A DNA stretch of 64,000 nt, taken from positions 833,319 through 897,318 of the forward strand of contig CAZVTT010000001.1 of assembly GCA_964629685.1 (NCBI GenBank), in the 5' to 3' direction. Below the pieces are notes generated by a model. That model saw nothing but the letters and a program-made list of their open reading frames with translations, did not search any database and was not told where the DNA came from. Positions 20,353 to 30,246 of the stretch are shown here, piece after piece. How positions within the stretch are numbered: position 1 is the first letter of the stretch; each line of letters starts with the position of its first letter. The position numbers and the translations under genes were made by a program. The DNA is from an uncultured Gammaproteobacteria bacterium. Its GTDB lineage: Bacteria; Patescibacteriota; Microgenomatia; UBA10105; UBA927.

Positions 20353-21331
20353 ATTAGCCTGGTTTGCCGCTAAATTCGGTGAACGGGTAAAACCCAACGA
20401 ACCATTGGGTCGATATACCACATTTAAAATTGGAGGTCCAGCGGATATATTTATTGAGTCGAAAACTCCAGAAGAACTGATAGCCATTGTTCAGTATGCG
20501 CTTAAGCGGAAATTGCCCTATGTTGTTCTTGGTGGTGGGACTAATGTGCTCATTGCCGATAAAGGAATTCGCGGTTTGGTTATAAAAAATTCATCTAAAG
20601 GTATCCGCATTAAAGGTATAAAAGGAAAAATGACGGCGGGTATACCGTCAGGGTTGGTATATGTCGAAGTGGATTCCGGAGTTATGATGAATCAATTGGT
20701 TCGGTTTACGAACGATGAGGGGCTTGCTGGGCTGGAGATGCATTTAGGATTACCGGGTACTGTGGGGGGTGCATTATTTATGAATTCCAAATGGATGCAT
20801 CCGGAGGGTTATGTTGGTGACGTTCTCTATCAAGCAACAATTCTTACTCCTGAGGGAGAAGTCAAAGACGTTCCACAATCTTATTTTCATTTTGGATATG
20901 ATGAAAGTATTCTTCAACACAATGGAGACATTCTTATCAAAGCAGTGTTTGCGTTAAAGCAAACAGATTCTGCTAAGTTATGGGAAATATCCAATAAAAG
21001 TATTGCTTATAGGCGGGAAACTCAGCCTCAGGGTGTGGCGAGTCCCGGTTGTACCTTCCGAAACGTTTCGAAAGCAGAGGCGTTATCAATTCCTACACCA
21101 GGATATACAACCTCGGCAGGATATTTAATTGATCATGCTGGTTTAAAAGGAAAGCCATCAGGATCTGTAAAAATTTCTACCGTCCATGCAAATTTTTTAG
21201 TGAATACGGGAGGGGGTACGGCGAACAATGTGGTACACTTAATACGCGAAGTGCAGGCGCAGGTAAAACAAAAATTTGGAGTTGATTTACATGAGGAAAT
21301 AGTTCATCTGGGCGATTTTTCGGAAAGTTAA
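20324..21331 (+). CDS. murB: UDP-N-acetylenolpyruvoylglucosamine reductase
   Basis: ...TFKIGGPADIFIESKTPEEL... is the FAD-binding region, followed by ...VLGGGTNVLI.... The start is uncertain (ATG at 20306 or 20324) because the gene overlaps the murC 3' end. Confidence 0.75.
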   Translation: MQNPQKYSDELAWFAAKFGERVKPNEPLGRYTTFKIGGPADIFIESKTPEELIAIVQYALKRKLPYVVLGGGTNVLIADKGIRGLVIKNSSKGIRIKGIKGKMTAGIPSGLVYVEVDSGVMMNQLVRFTNDEGLAGLEMHLGLPGTVGGALFMNSKWMHPEGYVGDVLYQATILTPEGEVKDVPQSYFHFGYDESILQHNGDILIKAVFALKQTDSAKLWEISNKSIAYRRETQPQGVASPGCTFRNVSKAEALSIPTPGYTTSAGYLIDHAGLKGKPSGSVKISTVHANFLVNTGGGTANNVVHLIREVQAQVKQKFGVDLHEEIVHLGDFSES

Positions 21332-21333
21332 TT

Positions 21334-22677
21334 ATGGCAAATTTAAGCAAATTTATTGTCCGTGGCGGCAAACGGTTAACGGGCGAAGTTACTATACCGG
21401 GTGCCAAAAATGTGGCGCTTAAGATATTTATTGCGTCGTTACTGACGGATGATCAGATAGTGCTGCATAATGTCCCCCTGATACGAGATGTTCGTGCTCT
21501 GCTCGATATTCTCGAAAGCTTAGGTGTACATAACACCATAAATGACCATACGATCACTATTAAAGCAGGATCCCATATTAATACCACCGTGCCGCTTGAT
21601 CTGGGTGGCCGATTGCGAACATCATCCATGGTCCTGGGACCAATGCTCGCGCGCTTTGGTGCAGCGACAGTGCCGAATCCCGGTGGATGTCGTATAGGAA
21701 CCAGACCTATAGATAGACATATCGAAGGTCTTCGGCAGATGGGAGCGAATATTACATATAAATCGGATGACGGATATTTCTATGCAACCGCTCCAAAATT
21801 ACATGGCACCAATTTTCGTTTTTCAAAAAATACGCATACCGGAACTGAAACACTGCTCCTGGCGGCCGTTCTGGCTGAAGGACAGACGGTGATTGAGAAC
21901 GCAGCTGAAGAAATTGAAGTAGATGATTTGATTGCGTTTCTAAATGATATGGGGGCAAAAGTACGTAGAGAGCATCCACGAAGAATAGTTATAGATGGCG
22001 TTAAGAAATTAACAGGTGGTGAGCATACGATAATGCCGGATAGAAATGAAGAAGTAACCTGGGCAATTGCTGCGGCTTTAACTGACGGTAACGTGACTGT
22101 CAGAAATTCCCAACGTGAAAGTATTACCGCATTTCTTGAATGCTTTGAAAAAGCCGGTGGAGGAATGGAGCCGCTAAACGAAAATACTACCAGATACTTT
22201 AAGGCCAGAGAGATTACCCCGGTAGATATCGTTACTGGTCCTCATCCCGGATTTATGACGGATTGGCAGGCTCCCTGGACAGTGCTTATGACGCAGGCCG
22301 TCGGTACATCTACGGTACATGAAACCGTTTTTGAAAGTCGTTTTTCATATGTTAAAGAGTTGCGGAAGATGGGTGCGAAAATAGATTTTTTTGATCCGAA
22401 AGTAGAAAATCCGGAGGGTTTTTATAATTTTAATTGGGCAGATAAAGCAGATGATTCACACCAAGGAATCAGGGTAACAGGACAGACACCTTTGCACGAT
22501 GCGGTGTTAAGGATAGACGATATTCGTGCGGGGGCCAGTTTGGTTCTGGCGGCACTTATTGCCAAAGGAGAAAGTTATATTCATGGAGTGGAATTAATAG
22601 ACAGAGGGTATGAAGCGATTGAAACCAGATTGGTAGGAATAGGTGCCGATATCCGGCGGGTTCGGGAGGATGAATAG
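21334..22677 (+). CDS. murA: UDP-N-acetylglucosamine 1-carboxyvinyltransferase
   Basis: MANLSKFIVRGGKRLTGEVTIPGAKNVALK... is the canonical MurA/EPSP fold N-terminus. The ...GCRIGTRPIDRHIEGL... motif contains the catalytic Cys. Confidence 0.85.
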   Translation: MANLSKFIVRGGKRLTGEVTIPGAKNVALKIFIASLLTDDQIVLHNVPLIRDVRALLDILESLGVHNTINDHTITIKAGSHINTTVPLDLGGRLRTSSMVLGPMLARFGAATVPNPGGCRIGTRPIDRHIEGLRQMGANITYKSDDGYFYATAPKLHGTNFRFSKNTHTGTETLLLAAVLAEGQTVIENAAEEIEVDDLIAFLNDMGAKVRREHPRRIVIDGVKKLTGGEHTIMPDRNEEVTWAIAAALTDGNVTVRNSQRESITAFLECFEKAGGGMEPLNENTTRYFKAREITPVDIVTGPHPGFMTDWQAPWTVLMTQAVGTSTVHETVFESRFSYVKELRKMGAKIDFFDPKVENPEGFYNFNWADKADDSHQGIRVTGQTPLHDAVLRIDDIRAGASLVLAALIAKGESYIHGVELIDRGYEAIETRLVGIGADIRRVREDE

Positions 22678-22680
22678 TAT

Positions 22681-23994
22681 ATGAAAGAGCTGGTAGCTGT
22701 TGTTCTGGCCGGAGGAAGCGGTAGTCGTTTCTGGCCTTTATCAACCGATAAAATATTATTTCCGTTTTTTCATAAACCCCTTGTTCATTACAGCATAGAG
22801 CAAACATTGCCTAAAGAAGTTCAGCGCGTTGCGGTGGTTACGAACGAGCGAAATGATTCCTACTTAAAGTCTTTAGTGTGGCCTGTGCCGGCCACTACTG
22901 TTTTGCAACCAAAATCGGATGGTATGGCCGCAGCACTTTTATGTGCCCGCCCGTTGGTAAAAAATTGTAGTTTACTGCTGCTCATTGCCGACGACATTAT
23001 AAAACCTTCTTTGCTAGGTGAAGTCATTACGAAAGGATACACCTCAAAGGCTTTCGGAATACTCCCGGGACTCAAGGTGTCTACGTATTTTCCGGGTGGC
23101 TATTTGGATGTGGACCGTAGTCGTATTGTTTCCATAGTTGAGAAGCCGGGAGCAGGAAATGAACCTAGTTCACTGGTAAATATTTCCGGTCATTATATTT
23201 CCGATTCTGATAGACTTTTTGAAACACTTACGCAAGTTGACACTACCACCGACGACCAGTATGAGCAAGCCTTGGCAAAAATGATGAAAGTGGAGACGTT
23301 TGAAGTCCTGCCATACGATGGCTATTTTGCTTCTCTAAAGTATCCATGGCATGTGTTGGAAGTTCAGGATATTCTTTTTGAACGTGCCATTCCTGCCGCT
23401 TATGTCGGTAACCATTGTGATATCAAATCATCCGTAATAATTGAAGGCAATGTCTATATTTCCGATCACGTAAAAATATTTGAAAATACCAAAATTACCG
23501 GTCCGTGTTATATCGGACCGCACACCATAATAGGGAATAATAATATAATTCGACAGAGTAGCATTGGTGCTCACTGTGTAACCGGTTTTAATACGGATAT
23601 TACCCGCAGCTATATTGGAGATCATTGCTGGTTTCACACCAATTATATTGGGGATAGTATCCTGGAAGGAAATATCAGCATGGGTTCTGGTGCAGTTGTG
23701 GCAAACCTACGCCTCGATGAACAGACGGTAGGATCGGTTATAAAAGGTAAAAAAATTGCTACGGGACGGAATAAACTTGGCTCTGTAATCGGGCGGGATG
23801 TTCGGATAGGTGTAAATGCAAGTATTATGCCGGGAGTAAAAATTGGCGCGCGTTCATTTATCGGGGCAGGTGTCGTGTTATCTCAGGATTTACCGGATGA
23901 TAGTCTGTGTCTTCTTCAACAGCAGCAGACCATTTCACTCAATACGCGAAAAGTGAATTCAGGCGCACGTGATCAATTTAGAGAGCGGATATAA
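22681..23994 (+). CDS. GlmU-like bifunctional sugar-1-phosphate nucleotidyltransferase / left-handed beta-helix acyltransferase
   Basis: N-terminal MKELVAVVLAGGSGSRFWPLS is an RmlA/ManC-type NTP-transferase signature. The C-terminal 150 aa carry hexapeptide repeats (IGPHTIIGNNNIIRQSSIGAHCVTG...). The exact sugar is unknown. Confidence 0.55.
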   Translation: MKELVAVVLAGGSGSRFWPLSTDKILFPFFHKPLVHYSIEQTLPKEVQRVAVVTNERNDSYLKSLVWPVPATTVLQPKSDGMAAALLCARPLVKNCSLLLLIADDIIKPSLLGEVITKGYTSKAFGILPGLKVSTYFPGGYLDVDRSRIVSIVEKPGAGNEPSSLVNISGHYISDSDRLFETLTQVDTTTDDQYEQALAKMMKVETFEVLPYDGYFASLKYPWHVLEVQDILFERAIPAAYVGNHCDIKSSVIIEGNVYISDHVKIFENTKITGPCYIGPHTIIGNNNIIRQSSIGAHCVTGFNTDITRSYIGDHCWFHTNYIGDSILEGNISMGSGAVVANLRLDEQTVGSVIKGKKIATGRNKLGSVIGRDVRIGVNASIMPGVKIGARSFIGAGVVLSQDLPDDSLCLLQQQQTISLNTRKVNSGARDQFRERI

Positions 23995-23999
23995 TACGT

Positions 24000-24725
24000 A
24001 TGATCATGCCTCCGGTTCTATTGCTCCACGGTTGGGGACTTTCGGGAAACCGGTTTTCCGCGGTTGGACGTTTGTTACGCGCTTACGGTTACGCTGTATA
24101 TGCTCCCGATTTCCCTGGTTTTAAATCCGATACTGCGGATGACGTTTCCCGAACATTGAACGATTATGTCGTATTCTTAGCTGATTTTATTACTAAAAAT
24201 AAGATAAAAAGTCCTGTGATCGTGGGGCATTCCTTCGGCGGTCGTGTAGCATTAAAGTATGTAGAAATGCATCCAAATAGTGTTCGAGTACTAATATTAA
24301 CCGGAACACCTGGTTATCGCAGTCAAAATAGTTTAAAGAGAAATTTTTTTATGGTAGTAGCAAAGATGGGAAAGCCATTCTTTCTGCTTCCGGGTTTGCG
24401 TCTTGTGAAAGAAAGGGTGGCAAGCCTGATGTATACTGCAGCGGGAGCCAGGGATTACTCCCGGGCACAAATTGGCTTGCGTCAGACATTTAAGAACATA
24501 GTAGAGGCTAGTTTAGAATCTGCCATGGCTGCGGTGCATATCCCTACGATGCTTTTATGGGGAGAACTGGACAATTTAGTACCGGTTTCAATCGCCAAAA
24601 AAATGCAACGTGCGATAGCGGAATCCACCCTAAGGGTAATACCAATGGCTAAACACTCATTACCGTACGACGATCCGGATATGTTTGCTAAGCTTGTGCA
24701 TGAGTTTATTCAGAACAGAGGATAG
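24000..24725 (+). CDS. Alpha/beta-hydrolase fold protein
   Basis: ...LLLHGWG... is followed by the nucleophile elbow VIVGHSFGGRV and a C-terminal His (AKHSLPYDDP). Confidence 0.6.
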   Translation: MIMPPVLLLHGWGLSGNRFSAVGRLLRAYGYAVYAPDFPGFKSDTADDVSRTLNDYVVFLADFITKNKIKSPVIVGHSFGGRVALKYVEMHPNSVRVLILTGTPGYRSQNSLKRNFFMVVAKMGKPFFLLPGLRLVKERVASLMYTAAGARDYSRAQIGLRQTFKNIVEASLESAMAAVHIPTMLLWGELDNLVPVSIAKKMQRAIAESTLRVIPMAKHSLPYDDPDMFAKLVHEFIQNRG

Positions 24726-24727
24726 TT

Positions 24728-25966
24728 ATGATTAAATATCCAATTAATGCGGCGTTGTCACCGAATACGGAATCTGAGGATATATCGCAGGCGCTTAGAG
24801 GACTGTTATTACCGGGAATTTGGAAAGGAAACGAGTCGATTAAAAAGGTTACCGACTGGTTTAGTTCCAAGTACCAAACACCCTATGTATTTACGGTAAA
24901 TAGCGGTAGATCTGCCCTTTTCCTTTTGTTGAAGTCTTTTGGTATTGGTTCAGGCGATGAAGTGTTACTCCAGGCATTTACCTGTGTGGCAGTTCCCAAT
25001 AGCATTCTTTGGAACGGGGCAAAGCCTATTTATGTTGACATTGATGCTACGTTAAATTTAGATGTTAACGACATGGAGCGGAAAATTACGGATAAAACGA
25101 AGGCGGTGATTGTTCAGCATACTTTCGGTTATCCGGCGGATATAGTGGCAATTAAGAAATTGTGTGATGCACGAAACATTATTTTAATTGAAGATTGTGC
25201 TCATGCACTGGGTACACGTATTAAAGGAAAAATGGCCGGAATGTATGGTGACGCGGCTTTTTTTAGTTTTGGGAGGGATAAGGTAGTTTCCAGTGTCTTT
25301 GGAGGACTCGCGTTGTTGGACGCACGCAGAAGTAGTGAGGCAAAAAAATTTGAAACGCTCATAACGCGGGTACCATCTTCCCGAAGTGTCTGGACCATTC
25401 AGCAACTGTTACATCCGCTACTGTTTGCCTTTATACTGCCGACATACTCGATAGGAATCGGAAAACTATTACTCGTTTTTTTTCAGAAATTAGGCATACT
25501 ATCGTTTCCGGTATATGCGGAAGAAAAACGCGGAAAACAACCCTCGGATTTTCCGGCAACATATCCCAATGTATTAGCGTACCTGCTGGAACCGCAGCTA
25601 TATAAATTAAACCGATATTTGGATCAGAGACGGAGAATTGCTGCCTATTATGCGGACAAACTGTATAATTATCCTTCGTTTACTTTCCCGAAGTATAATT
25701 CGGATTCAGGATATCTCCGTTTTCCGCTTATTGTGGATAATCCTGAACGGATTACTAAACAGTGCCGTAAGCAAGGTATCCTGTTAGGCAACTGGTATCA
25801 ACATACGGTCGATCCAAAAGGAGTAAATACTGAAACTTCCAGATACATAGTGGGATCTTGTCCTGAAGCGGAACGGATTTCCCGGAAAGTGGTGAATCTA
25901 CCGACATTAATTTCGGAGGAAGCTGCTGAACAAGTAATACGTGTTTTGGTGCAGATTGCAAAATAG
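24728..25966 (+). CDS. DegT/DnrJ/EryC1/StrS-family PLP-dependent sugar aminotransferase
   Basis: ...NSGRSALFLLLKSFGIGSGDEV..., ...IEDCAHALG... and ...FFSFGRDKVVSS... (the PLP lysine) follow the family layout. Confidence 0.6.
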   Translation: MIKYPINAALSPNTESEDISQALRGLLLPGIWKGNESIKKVTDWFSSKYQTPYVFTVNSGRSALFLLLKSFGIGSGDEVLLQAFTCVAVPNSILWNGAKPIYVDIDATLNLDVNDMERKITDKTKAVIVQHTFGYPADIVAIKKLCDARNIILIEDCAHALGTRIKGKMAGMYGDAAFFSFGRDKVVSSVFGGLALLDARRSSEAKKFETLITRVPSSRSVWTIQQLLHPLLFAFILPTYSIGIGKLLLVFFQKLGILSFPVYAEEKRGKQPSDFPATYPNVLAYLLEPQLYKLNRYLDQRRRIAAYYADKLYNYPSFTFPKYNSDSGYLRFPLIVDNPERITKQCRKQGILLGNWYQHTVDPKGVNTETSRYIVGSCPEAERISRKVVNLPTLISEEAAEQVIRVLVQIAK

Positions 25967-25968
25967 TT

Positions 25969-26601
25969 ATGGTACACGGTACATTTCCAGGAGTAAGTAC
26001 ACATCCTGTTGGTCAAATGAATGCAAATTGTTACTTCATTCATCATCCTAAATCAGATGAATTATTGATTATAGACCCGGGTGATGACGCCGAATTTTTA
26101 TCTGAAAAAATTATTGAATCTGAGCGTAAACCAGTCGCAATAGTATTAACGCACGGCCATTTCGATCACGTGATGGCTGCATTTGATCTCCAACAAATTT
26201 TTACCGTACCGGTGCGTATGCATAGGGCAGATTCGTTCTTACTAGACAGAATGGTGGAGACAGCAAAGCATTTTTTAGGCTATGAAATTCACGGATTGCC
26301 TCCTGTAGTGCAGTATTTTGATACGGAGGAGCAATTTTTCCACGGCAGTTTCAGGATTACACCGGTGCACATTCCTGGTCATACTCCGGGCAGTGTGTGT
26401 TACATGATTGAATCGATTAATGGATTATTCGTGGGCGATCTGGTTTTTGCGGGTGGAGGGATAGGAAGGACAGATTTCTCGTATTCGTCAATGTCCGATC
26501 TCCGTAAATCTATACAAAAAATTCAGAGTATGGATAAAAATTTAATAGTATATCCCGGGCACGATGAAAGTATGTTCCTGAACGAGATCGTTGTCCGGTG
26601 A
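25969..26601 (+). CDS. MBL-fold metallo-hydrolase (glyoxalase-II-like)
   Basis: The H-x-H-x-D-H motif (LTHGHFDHV) is present, with downstream His and Asp ligands. Confidence 0.7.
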   Translation: MVHGTFPGVSTHPVGQMNANCYFIHHPKSDELLIIDPGDDAEFLSEKIIESERKPVAIVLTHGHFDHVMAAFDLQQIFTVPVRMHRADSFLLDRMVETAKHFLGYEIHGLPPVVQYFDTEEQFFHGSFRITPVHIPGHTPGSVCYMIESINGLFVGDLVFAGGGIGRTDFSYSSMSDLRKSIQKIQSMDKNLIVYPGHDESMFLNEIVVR

Positions 26602-26615
26602 TATAATAGAATTAT

Positions 26616-26954
26616 ATGATAAACATTCTTGTCAGATGGTTCATAAATGCCGTAGCGTTGTTTATTGTTTCGAGAATATTAACCGGTTTTATTGTTGATG
26701 ATTTTGTAGCTGCATTGGTGGCAGTACTTATAATCGGATTTGTGAATGCGTTAATTAAGCCTATTTTATCTTTGTTAACTCTTCCGATAAATATACTGAC
26801 ATTGGGACTATTTTCCTTTATATTGAATGCTCTTATGCTGTTGCTGGCGAGTTCTATTACACCGGGTTTCCATATTGACGGATTCGGTACGGCGTTGCTT
26901 GGATCTATATTGCTATCTATCGTGACGATGCTACTCCAGTCGCTGGTGCGTTAA
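26616..26954 (+). CDS. DUF360 / phage-holin-4-like small membrane protein
   Basis: The 112-aa protein has four predicted TM helices. The pattern RWFINAVALFIVSRILTGFIVDDF...GFVNALIKPIL resembles the YvlD/holin superfamily IV. Confidence 0.4.
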   Translation: MINILVRWFINAVALFIVSRILTGFIVDDFVAALVAVLIIGFVNALIKPILSLLTLPINILTLGLFSFILNALMLLLASSITPGFHIDGFGTALLGSILLSIVTMLLQSLVR

Positions 26955-27964
26955 TGCTTATGCAAATACGAGAAGTTGTTGACAGAGAAGAATGGGAAAT
27001 TTTTTTACTCAAAAATAATCCTGCGGCTTTATTTCAATCATGGGATTGGGGCGAAGTGCAGTTAAAATCGGGTAATAAAGTTATACGGTATGGTTGGTAC
27101 CAGGAAGATAGTTTACAAGCCATCTCTCAGATAGTACTGGTGAATGCTAAGCGGGGTGTTTTTTTACATATCCGGCATGGTCCGGTTATGCAGGACAATT
27201 CAACTGCAGCGTGGGACAGTGTCATTTCGTTTCTGCGGAAGTTGGCTCGAGAGCAGCATGCATTATTCGTGAGAATAAGCCCATTAATACCTGACAGCGC
27301 GGATGTACAGGCAAGACTTCGTGAATATCGATTTATTCCGGCAGCAATTCACGCTATGGATGCAGAATTGTGTTGGCTTTTGGACGTTACACCCAAAGAG
27401 GACGAACTGCTTAAAGCAATGCGCAAAACAACGAGATACGAAGTACGGAAAGCACAAAATTTAGGGGTTAAAATCAGAATTTCGGAATCAGTCGATGACT
27501 TAAAATTTTTTTATGCATTATATGAACAAACAGTTTCCCGGCATAAGTTTATTGGACACAGGGGTATAACGGAAGAGTTTTCTGTTTTTTCATCACGTAA
27601 TCAGGCTGTTCTATTAACGGGTGAGTATGAGGGAAAGATTCTCGCGGCTGCTATTGTTCTGTTTTACGGCAAGCAGGGAATTTATCATCATGGTGCTTCC
27701 GTTTCTTCTAAGGTACCGGTTTCATCCTTAGTACAGTGGGAAGCTATTCGATTAACCAAAGAGCGAGGCTATCCGTTATACAATTTTTGGGGTATCGCTG
27801 ATGATGCAAATGAGCATCACCCCTGGAAAGGTCTAAGTCTGTTTAAAAAGGGTTTTGGGGGATATGAGCAGAAATATCTTCATGCTCATGACCTGCCGAT
27901 TCATCCGTTATATTTTATTCCGCGTTCAGTTGAAATTGTACGGAAACGGATGAAAGGATACTAG
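26954..27964 (+). CDS. FemAB-family peptidoglycan aminoacyltransferase (FemX-like)
   Basis: The start overlaps the upstream stop (TAATG). ...ALFQSWDWGEVQ... and ...YEVRKAQNLG... fit the FemAB N-terminal GNAT-like half. The protein is about 330 aa, as expected. Confidence 0.55.
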   Translation: MLMQIREVVDREEWEIFLLKNNPAALFQSWDWGEVQLKSGNKVIRYGWYQEDSLQAISQIVLVNAKRGVFLHIRHGPVMQDNSTAAWDSVISFLRKLAREQHALFVRISPLIPDSADVQARLREYRFIPAAIHAMDAELCWLLDVTPKEDELLKAMRKTTRYEVRKAQNLGVKIRISESVDDLKFFYALYEQTVSRHKFIGHRGITEEFSVFSSRNQAVLLTGEYEGKILAAAIVLFYGKQGIYHHGASVSSKVPVSSLVQWEAIRLTKERGYPLYNFWGIADDANEHHPWKGLSLFKKGFGGYEQKYLHAHDLPIHPLYFIPRSVEIVRKRMKGY

Positions 27965-28008
27965 CGTGTTTGTTTTTTGATGCCGGGCTCTTTATACTTG
28001 CTATATGT

Positions 28009-28380
28009 ATGCGTGAAGTAATCAATCGTCACCATATCTCGTTTAAACATGCTTTTGCAGGTCTGCACTGGGCATTCTCTACACAGCCTAATTTTAGAGT
28101 GCATTTTGTTCTGTCGTTGATTGCGTTGGTTTTAGGGCTAATTCTCGGGATCTCCCGACTGGAGATGGTGATAATCATTTTTACCATTATTTTGGGATTG
28201 AGCGCAGAAATGGTAAATACGGCACTTGAGGCGATGACAGATTTAATTACCAAAGAATGGCGAGCTGAAGCTAAAATAGCGAAAGATGTTTCGGCCGGGA
28301 TGATGTTGCTTACAGCGTTTGGGGCAATTATGGTTTCGGTATATATCTTTGTACCCTATCTGACCCGAATGTTCAGGTAA
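28009..28380 (+). CDS. dgkA: DgkA-family lipid kinase (diacylglycerol/undecaprenol kinase)
   Basis: I chose the internal ATG at 28009. The protein has three TM helices and the DAGK_prok motif ...LSAEMVNTALEAMTD.... Confidence 0.65.
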   Translation: MREVINRHHISFKHAFAGLHWAFSTQPNFRVHFVLSLIALVLGLILGISRLEMVIIIFTIILGLSAEMVNTALEAMTDLITKEWRAEAKIAKDVSAGMMLLTAFGAIMVSVYIFVPYLTRMFR

Positions 28381-28384
28381 TACT

Positions 28385-29434
28385 ATGGCACTTTTACTGG
28401 GTATATTATTATGTTCCTGGATACTGACAAGCGGATTGTATATTCCGTTCATAATGTTGTTGTACCGTTGGCGTTTCCAGCGAATGCATCAGGATACCAG
28501 GGATGCATTTGACAAGCGTACGCCGATTTTTGATAAATTTCATCAACATAAAGCCGGAACACCCGTGGGTGGTGGTTTATTAATCATCATCGTTACAACT
28601 ATTCTTTTCCCCATTATTTTATTATTGATGAAATATTTTTGGGTACCTATAACTTCCGTATACCCGATGTTGAGTGAATTAAAAATACTGATATTTACGT
28701 TTGTTTCGTTTGGAGTCCTCGGGTTACTCGATGACTTAAAGAAAACGTTTGTATGGGTGCAGCCAAAATTTTTTGGCTTACGTCTAAGACACAAACTTAT
28801 TCTGGAAATTATCCTGGCTACAATTATCAGCTGGTGGTTAGTTTTTGATCTTAAGATTTCCATTTTCAATATTCCGTTTGTCGGTGTTATTCAGATGGGA
28901 TGGCTGTTTATACCATTTTCCGCTTTTGTAATCATTTCTTTTGCAAATGCCTTTAATATTACCGACGGATTGGATGGCATGGCTTCCGGAGTGCTTATGA
29001 TTGCGCTCGCCACATTCTGGTTTCTATCTGCTTCAATTCTGGATACGCCGCTTTCAGTTTTTATTGCGCTTTGGCTTGGAGGTGTATTGGCATTTTTGTA
29101 TTTTAATGTTTTTCCGGCGAGAATTTTTTTAGGCGACGTCGGTGCGCTTTCTTTTGGTGCTACTTTGGCCGTCGTAGGTTTAATACTTGGAAAAACGACG
29201 GCATTGGCAGTAATCGGCGGAGTATTTGTACTGGAAGTAAGTTCCTCTTTAATCCAGCTTCTTTCGAAAAGGTTTTTAGGAAGGAAGGCGTTTGCTGCCG
29301 CACCGCTTCATTTATGGCTGCAGCATAAAGGCTGGGCAGAACCAAAAATTGTAATGCGGTTCTGGATTATGGCTATCGTTCTCGCAATCTTCGGTTTATG
29401 GCTTGCGTTGTTAACGAACTCGCACCCAAATTAA
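28385..29434 (+). CDS. mraY: Phospho-N-acetylmuramoyl-pentapeptide transferase
   Basis: The ...NAFNITDGLDGMASG... and ...FLGDVGALSFGATLA... motifs are present, and the protein has 10 TM helices. Confidence 0.85.
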   Translation: MALLLGILLCSWILTSGLYIPFIMLLYRWRFQRMHQDTRDAFDKRTPIFDKFHQHKAGTPVGGGLLIIIVTTILFPIILLLMKYFWVPITSVYPMLSELKILIFTFVSFGVLGLLDDLKKTFVWVQPKFFGLRLRHKLILEIILATIISWWLVFDLKISIFNIPFVGVIQMGWLFIPFSAFVIISFANAFNITDGLDGMASGVLMIALATFWFLSASILDTPLSVFIALWLGGVLAFLYFNVFPARIFLGDVGALSFGATLAVVGLILGKTTALAVIGGVFVLEVSSSLIQLLSKRFLGRKAFAAAPLHLWLQHKGWAEPKIVMRFWIMAIVLAIFGLWLALLTNSHPN

Positions 29435-29442
29435 TAGGTATT

Positions 29443-30246
29443 ATGTCCTCAGATCACCCTATTGGAGTTATCGATTCCGGTTTAGGTGGATTGTCAATCC
29501 GGCGGTCGATCGTTAACCTGCTGCCAAACGAGTCAATTATATATATCGGAGATCAGGAATTTGTTCCCTACAGCGAAAAAGCCGGCACGGTAATAATCGA
29601 TAGAATAAAATTACTGGTAGAGTATTTGCTGCGGAGGGACGTAAAGTTAATTGTTATTGCATGTAATACGGCAACAGTCGCGGCAATTGATAAAACGCGG
29701 ATAACTTTCCCTGATGTCCCGATCGTAGGAGTCGTACCGGTAATAAAAACTGCTGCAGCTGTAACTAAGACGGGAAAATTTGCAGTTTTATCTACGTCTT
29801 ATACTACAAATAGTACGTATCAACGGAAATTAATTCAGGCATATGCGAAGGATTGTCAGGTCATGAGTATACCCTGTCCAGCATTGGTTACATATGTAGA
29901 AAAAGGAGACGTATCGTCACAATCCATGCGACAAAATCTGACCCGAATACTAGAACCTGTTCTGCATTCGAATATAGATATCGTCGTACTGGGATGCACG
30001 CATTTTCCGTTTCTGACTGATTCAATTCAAAGCGTACTAGGGAGTACCGTTAGGCTACTGGATTCGGGGGGTGCGGTTGCCAGGCAAGTTGCAAGAGTAT
30101 TGGAACACAATAAAGCTTTAGCAACGAAAAGTAATCCGGTTTATTATTATGTCACTACCGGTAATGCCACGGAAGTAAGCGGGGTTGCAACGAAATTGGT
30201 GGGAGAATTAATTCAGTTTGAGCATGTGTCTTTGAATCGTATATGA
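29443..30246 (+). CDS. murI: Glutamate racemase
   Basis: ATG at 29443 is just after the mraY stop. ...IGVIDSGLGGLSI..., ...IACNTATVAA... and ...VLGCTHFPFL... are the MurI motifs with the two catalytic Cys. Confidence 0.85.
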   Translation: MSSDHPIGVIDSGLGGLSIRRSIVNLLPNESIIYIGDQEFVPYSEKAGTVIIDRIKLLVEYLLRRDVKLIVIACNTATVAAIDKTRITFPDVPIVGVVPVIKTAAAVTKTGKFAVLSTSYTTNSTYQRKLIQAYAKDCQVMSIPCPALVTYVEKGDVSSQSMRQNLTRILEPVLHSNIDIVVLGCTHFPFLTDSIQSVLGSTVRLLDSGGAVARQVARVLEHNKALATKSNPVYYYVTTGNATEVSGVATKLVGELIQFEHVSLNRI

